Shown here: positions 9,591 to 17,338 of the stretch, piece by piece
Position numbering within the stretch: position 1 is the stretch's first letter
Layout of the letters: each line of letters begins with the position of its first letter
Origin: Thermoprotei archaeon
GTDB taxonomy: Archaea > Thermoproteota > Thermoprotei_A > Sulfolobales > Desulfurococcaceae
Assembly (NCBI GenBank): GCA_003661825.1
Contig: QMWW01000001.1
Span: 1 to 49,404, forward strand
Direction: 5' to 3'
DNA length: 49,404 nt
Program-made: the position numbers and the translations under genes
The notes under the pieces: generated by a model
Told to the model about the DNA's origin: nothing
Seen by the model: only the letters and a program-made list of their open reading frames with translations
Database searches by the model: none

Positions 9591-11012
9591 TTGGAGTACG
9601 ATGTAGTAGTGATTGGTGCTGGTCCCGCAGGCCTCTTTGCAGCATACGAGCTAGCCGAGAAGAGCAGAGGTAGGCTGAGAATAGCCGTTGTCGAAAGAGG
9701 GGCTAGAGCTAGCGAGAGGAGGTGTCCGTTAACAGGATCCCAGAGGACTAGTTACGATGCCGTACAGAAATGCGTAGGCTGTAAACCATGCCATATCCTA
9801 CATGGAGTAGGTGGGGCAGGAGCTCTCAGTAGCGGAACAATAAACTTGAGACCAGATGTTGGAGGAGAGCTCCACAAGCTCGTAGGAAGCTGGAGAGAGG
9901 CGGAAGAGCTGATAGGCTATGTTGACAAGATATTCGTTGAACACGGGGCACCGTGCGATAGACTCTACATGCCTCCAAGCGATAGAACAAGCGAGCTCGA
10001 GAGGCTGGCGGCAAAAGCTGGCGCTAAGTTCATACCGACTCCGCAGAGACACATAGGTAGCGAGAATACTCCACGTGTAGTAGAGAGTATTGCCAAGCGG
10101 ATCGAGGAGAGAGGCGTTAGGTTCTACCTCAGAACGAGAGCGCTCGATCTAGAGCGTAGTGGGAGAACTGTAAGGGTTAAAACGGATCAAGGGATACTGA
10201 GTACTAGGTATGTAGTGCTAGCTCCAGGTAGAAGCGGTGCATCCTGGTTCGCCGACCTAGCTGCACGTAGAGGCATAGAGGTAGAGCCAGGACCCCTCGA
10301 TATAGGGGTAAGAGTCGAGATCCCCGCATATATCGCTGAGCCTATAACCAGCGTGATCAGGGATCCAAAGTTCATCATGTACACTAAGGTTTACGACGAC
10401 AAGGTTAGAACGTTCTGTGCAAATCCCTATGGCTTCGTGCTCGAGGAAAGATACGAAAACGGGGTAGTAGCTGTTAACGGTGAATCATATGCAGAGATTA
10501 AGTCTAAGAATACGAACTTCGCCCTACTCGTAACGATCAAGCTAACAGATCCCCTAGAGGATACTATAGCCTATGGTAGGTATATAGCTGGCCTAGCCAC
10601 AAGGCTTGGAGGAGGGAAACCGCTTATACAGAGATTCGGGGACCTAGAAGCGGGTAGGAGGAGTACCTGGGATAGAATAGATAGGAGCACGATCGAGCCA
10701 ACGCTCAAAAACGTTACACCAGGCGATATAGGCATGGCTCTACCATATAGAGTCGTAGCTAATCTAATCGAAGCTATGCATAGACTAGACACTATTATGC
10801 CAGGCGTAGCCTCCAACCAGACACTACTATATGCTCCAGAGATAAAGTTCTACAGCGTGAGAGCGGTCACCAGTAAAGAGCTTGAGACAACGCTGGAAAA
10901 CATATTTGTAGCAGGCGATGGAGCAGGTCTTTCCCGTGGAATAAACGTAGCAGCCGCTACAGGAGTTATAGCGGCTAGGAGCATACTGAGGAGAGAAGGG
11001 CTCTTACACTAG
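9591..11012 (+). CDS. FAD-dependent oxidoreductase (uncharacterised COG2509-like dehydrogenase)
   Basis: 473-aa ORF with an N-terminal dinucleotide-binding VVVIGAGPAGLFAAYEL motif and a C-terminal FVAGDGAG motif. The substrate is unknown. Confidence 0.75.
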   Translation: MEYDVVVIGAGPAGLFAAYELAEKSRGRLRIAVVERGARASERRCPLTGSQRTSYDAVQKCVGCKPCHILHGVGGAGALSSGTINLRPDVGGELHKLVGSWREAEELIGYVDKIFVEHGAPCDRLYMPPSDRTSELERLAAKAGAKFIPTPQRHIGSENTPRVVESIAKRIEERGVRFYLRTRALDLERSGRTVRVKTDQGILSTRYVVLAPGRSGASWFADLAARRGIEVEPGPLDIGVRVEIPAYIAEPITSVIRDPKFIMYTKVYDDKVRTFCANPYGFVLEERYENGVVAVNGESYAEIKSKNTNFALLVTIKLTDPLEDTIAYGRYIAGLATRLGGGKPLIQRFGDLEAGRRSTWDRIDRSTIEPTLKNVTPGDIGMALPYRVVANLIEAMHRLDTIMPGVASNQTLLYAPEIKFYSVRAVTSKELETTLENIFVAGDGAGLSRGINVAAATGVIAARSILRREGLLH

Positions 11013-11076
11013 AATACGTAGCCAAAAACCCTACGGAAGTATAGAGCTATGCCACCAGCCTCTAGCCGTAGCAAAG

Positions 11077-11104
11077 TTTATATGATTGTACATGTTTTTA
11101 TATG
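11077..11104 (+). repeat. Left terminal inverted repeat of the tnpB element
   Basis: tttatatgattgtacatgtttttatatg. The reverse complement of 12546..12571 is tttatatgcttgtatgattttatatg. Confidence 0.5.
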
Positions 11105-11108
11105 TTCT

Positions 11109-11261
11109 TCATGAGGCGTCTTCTTCGATTATTGCTATGACTTTGATTTTCTTTCCGTGGTGTTTCCTTAGTTTTTCTTGATATTGTTTGGGTGGGTATA
11201 TGATGTATCTTCCACGTCCATAGCTTATTATCTTGGCTTCAAACACGTAGACTATACTCAT
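11109..11261 (-). CDS. Small AbrB/SpoVT-like (swapped-hairpin) DNA-binding protein candidate, 50 aa
   Basis: Uses an internal ATG of the 80-aa track ORF: MSIVYVFEAKIISYGRGRYIIYPPKQYQEKLRKHHGKKIKVIAIIEEDAS. The G-x-G-x-Y-I-I-Y-P-P-K ... K-I-K-V-I pattern resembles AbrB/MazE-type domains. It sits 5 nt inside the left terminus and is divergent from tnpB. Confidence 0.4.
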   Translation of the reverse strand: MSIVYVFEAKIISYGRGRYIIYPPKQYQEKLRKHHGKKIKVIAIIEEDAS

Positions 11262-11330
11262 ACTCCCACCAATACTATAACATAGCGAAAAACTGACTCC
11301 AGAAAGAATATATATGAGGCGAAAACTCCG

Positions 11331-12578
11331 ATGAGGGAGAAGACCACCCATGAAATTTGGGTGGTTCCCCGAGGAGAGTATATGGTAACCCTAAAATCTC
11401 AAGGAGTTCTTGTTGAAGGCTCTCCCGAAGAGCTAAGAGAGGAACTATACTTAACTATGAAAGCAATACAACACGTTATAGATGCCCTATGGGAGCTAGA
11501 TAAGATACCAAGCATTAACCAACTACACCAGATGTTTTACAAAATACTCCGTGAGCAGGGTTTTAGAGCCCATCAATGCAAACAAATATACAAGTACGCT
11601 AGAGCACTAGCTAAATCAGCTAGGGAAAACAATGGGAAGAAACCAATCTTAAGAAAACTATCGGCTAGGGTAGACAAATACGATGCTAAGGTAGATTTAG
11701 AAAACCAGCTAGTCGTAGTAAAGCTTAGGAATAAAGAGTTCAAGATAAAACTACTACATCGTAGAGACTATGTGAAGAAGTTCATTTGTCGCAAATGGTA
11801 CGAGGTCATAGTAAGCATTGATAAACAGGGAAGAATATGGATAAGCATACCTTTCAGATGGGTATATAAACCATATGGGGCGAGAAGACTGATTTCTCTC
11901 GACGTTAATCTCAAGAAGATAGCTGTATATAATGGCAGGAAGGTAAGAAGAGTAAGTACTAGATTTACTGAAGCACTATATCTTAAACACCTTGCTGAAG
12001 AGGTGCAGAAGAGACATAGCTATGCTTGGAGACGTAACGATAAATGGCTAGGGATTATAAGGAATCTGCATAGACGCTCAAGAAACATTGTTGTCGATTG
12101 GTGTAGGAAGTTCGCTAAGTACATAGTCATTAAAGCTAAAAGAACTAGAAGTACTATCGTTCTTGAAGACCTTGAGAGGCTATGGTTTAACTCTTCGCAG
12201 AAATCTTCTAGTCTAGCTGATAAGCTGTCGAGATTCGCTTACCGTAAGCTACAACTAGCAATTATGACTAAGGCTATAGAGTACAATGTACCAATAGTAT
12301 TCGTTAATTCTAAAGATACCTCAGCAATGTGTCCAAGGTGTGAAGCGAAACTAGTCTATAACCGTAGACTAGCAACGTGTCCTAGATGCGGGTTCATGAC
12401 AGATAGAGATACTATTGGAGCAATGAATATCTACCTTAAGGCGCTTAAACATCTAGCCCCCAGCCCAGGGTCTGGGGGCACCCGCTCAATGACGGATGAA
12501 ACCCGACCGAAGAGCGGGTCTCCCAAAGATGAACCAATGACCATCCATATAAAATCATACAAGCATATAAAGAGGTGA
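11331..12578 (+). CDS. tnpB: TnpB (IS200/IS605 OrfB) RNA-guided endonuclease family protein
   Basis: Split RuvC motifs ISLDVN, IVLEDL and TDRDTIGAMNI, plus a zinc ribbon CPRCEAKLVYNRRLATCPRCG. The low-complexity tail (APSPGSGGTRSMTDETRPKSGSPKDE...) overlaps the predicted omega-RNA region. The true start may be the ATG at 11382. Confidence 0.9.
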   Translation: MREKTTHEIWVVPRGEYMVTLKSQGVLVEGSPEELREELYLTMKAIQHVIDALWELDKIPSINQLHQMFYKILREQGFRAHQCKQIYKYARALAKSARENNGKKPILRKLSARVDKYDAKVDLENQLVVVKLRNKEFKIKLLHRRDYVKKFICRKWYEVIVSIDKQGRIWISIPFRWVYKPYGARRLISLDVNLKKIAVYNGRKVRRVSTRFTEALYLKHLAEEVQKRHSYAWRRNDKWLGIIRNLHRRSRNIVVDWCRKFAKYIVIKAKRTRSTIVLEDLERLWFNSSQKSSSLADKLSRFAYRKLQLAIMTKAIEYNVPIVFVNSKDTSAMCPRCEAKLVYNRRLATCPRCGFMTDRDTIGAMNIYLKALKHLAPSPGSGGTRSMTDETRPKSGSPKDEPMTIHIKSYKHIKR

Positions 12579-12591
12579 ACCCTAAACTTTA
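12456..12591 (+). ncRNA. Candidate TnpB omega-RNA (reRNA) scaffold plus flanking guide
   Basis: Two adjacent perfect 8-bp stems: gcccccag (12456..12463) with ctgggggc (12472..12479), and acccgctc (12480..12487) with gagcgggt (12512..12519). They overlap the 3' end of tnpB and run to the right terminus at 12571. The extent is inferred by analogy with characterised TnpB systems. Confidence 0.4.
12546..12571 (-). repeat. Right terminal inverted repeat of the tnpB element
   Basis: catataaaatcatacaagcatataaa. This is the inverted counterpart of 11077..11104. Confidence 0.5.
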
Positions 12592-12618
12592 AAATTGCTG
12601 TGTACCGTGGAGTAGAGT

Positions 12619-14469
12619 ATGCGGAGCCTTCTAGTATTCTATGTAGCTCTACTGACTATCTCCCTGGGATTCGTAGCTCTTGTAGCTCGGAGAATGCAGA
12701 GAGCTATACCCTACGTAGCCGCTTCTCTTCTTCTAGTATCGCTCTCAGCATCGGCGTCTGCTCTTTTCCTACGGAGTAATCCTCTATACGAGTATGTATA
12801 CTACGAGGTCTTCCCTGGGCTCACCATTACGCTCTTATGGGGTTCTCTGAACATCGTGTTTATCTTGACGTTATCCCTAGTAGGGATAGCGGTTGTATTC
12901 TATAGCGCCTGGTACGTAGAGCTGGATTCCCATACCATCAGTAGATCGCACTACTGGTTTACATTGCTTCTACTACTGGGTATCCAGCTACTAATAGTTC
13001 AAGTATCTAGCCTCATAGGGTTCATAGTACTCCTAGAAGCCTCTACGCTAGTAGCGAGTATGCTGATAGCATCGGATGTGCAGAGACATCACTCGAGGGT
13101 AGCTGGTAGAATATACCTGATGGTAGATCTAGCTGCTAGTACGTTCGTGTTGATCGGCATAGCTACGCTCATAAGCTTAACAGGATACACCGATATCGAG
13201 AGCATACTCGCTACTAACGGTTATATAGTTGTAGCCCCTGGGTTGGGATTAGCACTAATGCTCATAGGCTTTCTCGTAAAAGCTGGCCTGTTCCCGTTCC
13301 ACGGATGGCTACCCCCCGTACACTCCGAAGCACCAGCTCCTGTTTCAGCACTGCTCAGCGGATACATCGTTAACGTAGGATTCTACGGACTGCTCCTATT
13401 CATGCCCCTGGCTAAAAGCTATAGCTACATCCTGTACTACACACTCCTCTTCACAGGGCTTGCAAGCATTATATATGGAGGGCTTTCAGCTCTAGCTCAA
13501 ACCGATCAGAAGAGGCTACTCGCGTGGAGCACTGTAGCTAGTAATGGATACATGGCTTTAGCGCTAGCTACTGCTATACACTATGGTAGCTATGAAGCTA
13601 TTCTAGCCGGGGCTATAGGGTTAAGCTCAGCAATGCTCTACATGGTTAGCCACAGCGTAGCTAAGTCTACGCTATTCCTCTTCTCAGGAATAGTAGAGGA
13701 AGCAAGTGGTACGCGGAGAATAAATCTGCTTGGTAGAGGATTAGAGAAATACAGGCCTATTAAAGCGCTACTACCTATAGCTTGTCTAATGCTCATAGGG
13801 CTTCCGCCGAGCCTGGGATTCCTGGCTAAGACTATGATACATACAGCTCTTCTAAGAGTACAGTTAACGTATATAGCAGACGTATCGATCGCTCTGTTCT
13901 CAACACTACTTACATCAATGTATACAGCTAAGTTCATGTACCCCGTATTTACGCGGTTCTCTAGCAATAACCGGGAAGGGGGCATGGGGGAGAGAAGGAT
14001 CCCTCAGTGGATCGCCCTATCGGCCGCCCTCCCCCTAGTAATCAACGTTATATGCTTAAACCCTGCACTACTCATACCGTTCATAAATAGCTTAACATCG
14101 TTCTACACTGTTGAGACTGGAATAGAGCAATATGTATCCTTTTATCCCTTCGTAGTCATTGTCAGAGAACTGCCTAGTTTACCTCCCCTGACTCTACTCG
14201 AAGAGATCCTAATAGTGGGTGTATCCCTACTAGCTACTCCTATAGCTGTTATCCTAGGCTTACTGTTCTGGAGAGGGTTTGAAGCACGCACCCACGCTAT
14301 TCTAGGCAGTGTAGAGAAGCTATTTATACGGCCCGCGATAATTTACTACAGTAAGGCTAAGGTTAGAGTAACGAGATATATCGAGCTATACGAAGACTAC
14401 TACACGTTATCCCTAGCTGTATCGATACTAACCCTACTAGCTCTGCTAGCGGTCTATCTGCTGAGCTAG
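12619..14469 (+). CDS. MrpA/MrpD-like (NuoL/M/N family) proton-translocating antiporter subunit
   Basis: 616-aa polytopic ORF with the family motif FHGWLPPVHSEAPAPVSALLSG. It is the first gene of a four-gene overlapping cluster. Confidence 0.8.
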   Translation: MRSLLVFYVALLTISLGFVALVARRMQRAIPYVAASLLLVSLSASASALFLRSNPLYEYVYYEVFPGLTITLLWGSLNIVFILTLSLVGIAVVFYSAWYVELDSHTISRSHYWFTLLLLLGIQLLIVQVSSLIGFIVLLEASTLVASMLIASDVQRHHSRVAGRIYLMVDLAASTFVLIGIATLISLTGYTDIESILATNGYIVVAPGLGLALMLIGFLVKAGLFPFHGWLPPVHSEAPAPVSALLSGYIVNVGFYGLLLFMPLAKSYSYILYYTLLFTGLASIIYGGLSALAQTDQKRLLAWSTVASNGYMALALATAIHYGSYEAILAGAIGLSSAMLYMVSHSVAKSTLFLFSGIVEEASGTRRINLLGRGLEKYRPIKALLPIACLMLIGLPPSLGFLAKTMIHTALLRVQLTYIADVSIALFSTLLTSMYTAKFMYPVFTRFSSNNREGGMGERRIPQWIALSAALPLVINVICLNPALLIPFINSLTSFYTVETGIEQYVSFYPFVVIVRELPSLPPLTLLEEILIVGVSLLATPIAVILGLLFWRGFEARTHAILGSVEKLFIRPAIIYYSKAKVRVTRYIELYEDYYTLSLAVSILTLLALLAVYLLS

Positions 14470-14489
14470 CTGGTCTCAAACCCGCCTAG

Positions 14490-15293
14490 GTGGTATTATT
14501 GAGGTCTAGACGTAGAGAGCTAGGCATAGCTCTGCTAATAGTAGCCGGTATTACTGCTCTCTCGGCCTTGTTAGGGTTAATGGGGGAGCTAGCTATACCG
14601 CTTACAGCTAGTAAGCGCTTACTCAAAGAACTGGTTGAAGAGCTAGCCTATAACCCGGATAATCCCTATTCAGCGTTTGCTCCAGCATATGTATCAGCTG
14701 TTGTATGGGACTTTAGGGGATTAGACACTCTATACGAAACCATAGTGTTCATAGCGGCCACAATATTTGCTCTAAACCTATACCACGAGTACCTAGGTGA
14801 AGCCGAGCTCAGTAGGCACAGACTATCTGTTATCCTCCAGAGCACGGCTAAGATCCAGATCGTGATGGCTACCGCTGTAAGCGCTTCACTAGTAGCAAGA
14901 GGCCATATAACGCCGGGTGGGGGGTTCCAGGGAGGAGCTCTTCTAGCAGCAGTCGTTATAGCGGCTACCACGATATACTCTCTAAAGTCTCTAGTAGGTA
15001 GGTTTATAAAGCACGAGCTAATACTGTGCCTACTCGGCTTAGCTACTCTCCTACTCCTCATCGCGTCCAGTAAGTGGGCTATAGTAGGCTTCTTCACCAG
15101 GGCTCCAGGCTATATTCTGCAGAACCAAGCAAAGCCCGGCTCTCTCCACGGATTCCTATTCTGGGATGGAGAGCACTGGGTATCGGGGTCGATCCTAGTG
15201 TACGACTTAATAGAGTACATTGTTATCGCGTGCGGCCTCATAGTACTACTACTAGTCGTGATCATAGGAGGGTATAGGGAGAGGGTTATTTGA
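14490..15293 (+). CDS. mrpB: MnhB/MrpB-domain antiporter subunit
   Basis: Hallmarks of the MnhB domain: DFRGLDTLYETIVF and GHITPGGGFQGG. Confidence 0.8.
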   Translation: MVLLRSRRRELGIALLIVAGITALSALLGLMGELAIPLTASKRLLKELVEELAYNPDNPYSAFAPAYVSAVVWDFRGLDTLYETIVFIAATIFALNLYHEYLGEAELSRHRLSVILQSTAKIQIVMATAVSASLVARGHITPGGGFQGGALLAAVVIAATTIYSLKSLVGRFIKHELILCLLGLATLLLLIASSKWAIVGFFTRAPGYILQNQAKPGSLHGFLFWDGEHWVSGSILVYDLIEYIVIACGLIVLLLVVIIGGYRERVI

Positions 15294-15682
15294 ACACGCT
15301 CATAGCGTTAAACATCATAGCTGTGTCGATGATCGTTAACATAGCTATAGCGGTCTACGGCATCGTTAAGAAGCCCAGTATGGTGAAGAAGATCATCTCA
15401 CTAGGGATTCTAAGCGACACCGTATGCCTTTTAGCTGTCTACATGGGGTTTACAGCTACGTCTCCCCACCCACCACTCTACGCCTCCGGCTACGGAGCTG
15501 GTAGAGGAGTCGACCCCGTTGTCCAAGCATTTGTCTTAACGGCGATCGTGATAGCCCTAGCGTTTACCGTGTTCTTAGCTACAATTACCCTCAGGATGTA
15601 CGAGGTTGCGAATTCAACCGATCTACATGAGTTGCTAAAACTCGAGATAGCGTCTGAGGAAATAGAGCAGCTGGAGGAATGA
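15290..15682 (+). CDS. mrpC: MnhC/MrpC (NuoK-like) antiporter subunit
   Basis: 130-aa protein with 3 TM helices and a DPVVQAFVLTAIVIALAF motif. It has 4-nt overlaps with both neighbouring genes. Confidence 0.75.
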   Translation: MNTLIALNIIAVSMIVNIAIAVYGIVKKPSMVKKIISLGILSDTVCLLAVYMGFTATSPHPPLYASGYGAGRGVDPVVQAFVLTAIVIALAFTVFLATITLRMYEVANSTDLHELLKLEIASEEIEQLEE

Positions 15683-17286
15683 AGAGTTTGCATGGATTAT
15701 CACAGGTACTAGGCTTTACTCCTCTAGTACCGGTTGCTGCTGCAACGCTTATACTACTGATCTATGTTCTAAAGCTAAGGGATAGAACCCTGTATAATTT
15801 AGTGCTTCTCGTTGGCTCTAGCCTAACCGCGGCGTCTACACTAGTAGTACTAAGCGAGACTATCTACGGAGGCTTTGCGTGGTACTGCTTCGGTGGATGG
15901 GGTGCTCCACTAGGGATCTGCTACTACGCCGACGAGCTGAGCGCTTATTACGCCGCAGTAACTAGCGCTGTTTTCACCGCTGTAGCAGTATATGCTGTCT
16001 GGTACTCGAGGCACGTAAAGCACACCGCCCTACTTTATGTTCTGCTACTGCTTCACTTAAGCGGATTACTAGCAGTATACTATACGGTTGATCTATTCAA
16101 CTTATTTGTCTCACTAGAGCTAGTGGGTATAACTGGGTATAGCCTCGTATCGTTCTACCACTACAGGGCTAAAGCGCTAGTAGCTGCAGCTAGATACGCT
16201 GTGGCTGGAGGCCTTATGACCACTTTCCTCCTACTAGGCGTACTCCTAATCTATACCGCCACCGGCGCTGTCAATATCGGCGTACTCGGAGCTAAGCTAT
16301 CCGTAGCATGGTCTCCCCCCGATCAGATGGGGTTTTTCAATAAAAACCTCTACGCTGACACGAGCCTAGTTATAATAGCTATTGCAATGATCCTATGGAC
16401 AGCTCTATTCATATCGGCTATCTTTCCAAACCACTTCTGGCTACCGGATGCACACAGCGAAGCCCCAGTACCTGTGTCGGCGGTGTTGTCGGGTTTAACT
16501 ACTGCGATGGGGTTCTACGTACTAGCAAGGATAGCCTATACTGTCCTCGCAGAAAGCGTATTAGCAGGTTTTCTCTCCACGCTACTCCCCGTTATCGGCT
16601 TCCTCGGTATAGTGAGCGTTTTCTATGGAGCGATTATGATCGGGGTAGAGGACGACGTTAAGAGGATCTTAGCGTACAGCACTATACTTAACAATGGCTA
16701 CATCTTAATGGGGTTAAGCCAGGGTACGGCTCTAGGTATAGCCGCCTCGCTATACCACATTCTAAACCATGCTGTAGGAAAAGCGCTCGCATTCCTGTGT
16801 ATAGGGTATATGGTGAGAAGGTATAGGACTAGGAACATATATGCTCTAGAAGGAGCGGGGAGAGCCCAGCCAATAGTAGGTAGCGTACTCGCTTTCGCTC
16901 TCTTACACTTGATAGGGGTTCCACCAACCAGCGGGTTCTTCGGCAAGTTCTACCTATTTAAAGCATTTATAGATGCTGATAACCTAGCATACGCACTAGT
17001 AGTTATAGCGGGCTCGGTTATATCGGCGTATGGGTACATCAGGGTAATGGAGCACACAGTATATGTTTCTAAACCCGAGATCGTTGGGAAAGAGCACTTA
17101 TCAATAATAGTGACTATAACGCTTACGACTCTTTCAACCGTAATACTCTTGCTCGGAATAGCTAATCAGTGGGTAATAGACTACCTTACATATACGGCTT
17201 CGACACTAGTACTTGACAGCACTGTATATATTGAGAGAATATACGGTCTATGCCAGAGCCTACTAAGCACTATTAGTTATCCCTAG
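15679..17286 (+). CDS. mrpD: MnhD/MrpD (NuoM/N-like) antiporter subunit
   Basis: 535-aa polytopic ORF with the motif FWLPDAHSEAPVPVSAVLSG. Confidence 0.85.
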   Translation: MKSLHGLSQVLGFTPLVPVAAATLILLIYVLKLRDRTLYNLVLLVGSSLTAASTLVVLSETIYGGFAWYCFGGWGAPLGICYYADELSAYYAAVTSAVFTAVAVYAVWYSRHVKHTALLYVLLLLHLSGLLAVYYTVDLFNLFVSLELVGITGYSLVSFYHYRAKALVAAARYAVAGGLMTTFLLLGVLLIYTATGAVNIGVLGAKLSVAWSPPDQMGFFNKNLYADTSLVIIAIAMILWTALFISAIFPNHFWLPDAHSEAPVPVSAVLSGLTTAMGFYVLARIAYTVLAESVLAGFLSTLLPVIGFLGIVSVFYGAIMIGVEDDVKRILAYSTILNNGYILMGLSQGTALGIAASLYHILNHAVGKALAFLCIGYMVRRYRTRNIYALEGAGRAQPIVGSVLAFALLHLIGVPPTSGFFGKFYLFKAFIDADNLAYALVVIAGSVISAYGYIRVMEHTVYVSKPEIVGKEHLSIIVTITLTTLSTVILLLGIANQWVIDYLTYTASTLVLDSTVYIERIYGLCQSLLSTISYP

Positions 17287-17338
17287 CACAGCCAGCCATA
17301 CGCGGTCTCCAGGTACTTTAGAGCTATATGAACCCCTA

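Larger units (their letters stand above)
11077..12571 (+). mobile_element. IS200/IS605-family (tnpB-only, IS1341-like) element bounded by imperfect inverted termini, carrying a small AbrB-like ORF and tnpB
   Basis: The termini 11077..11104 and 12546..12571 are inverted copies. They match at 24 positions, with 2 mismatches and one 2-nt gap. Each terminus contains two TTTATATG 8-mers. No tnpA is present. Confidence 0.55.
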
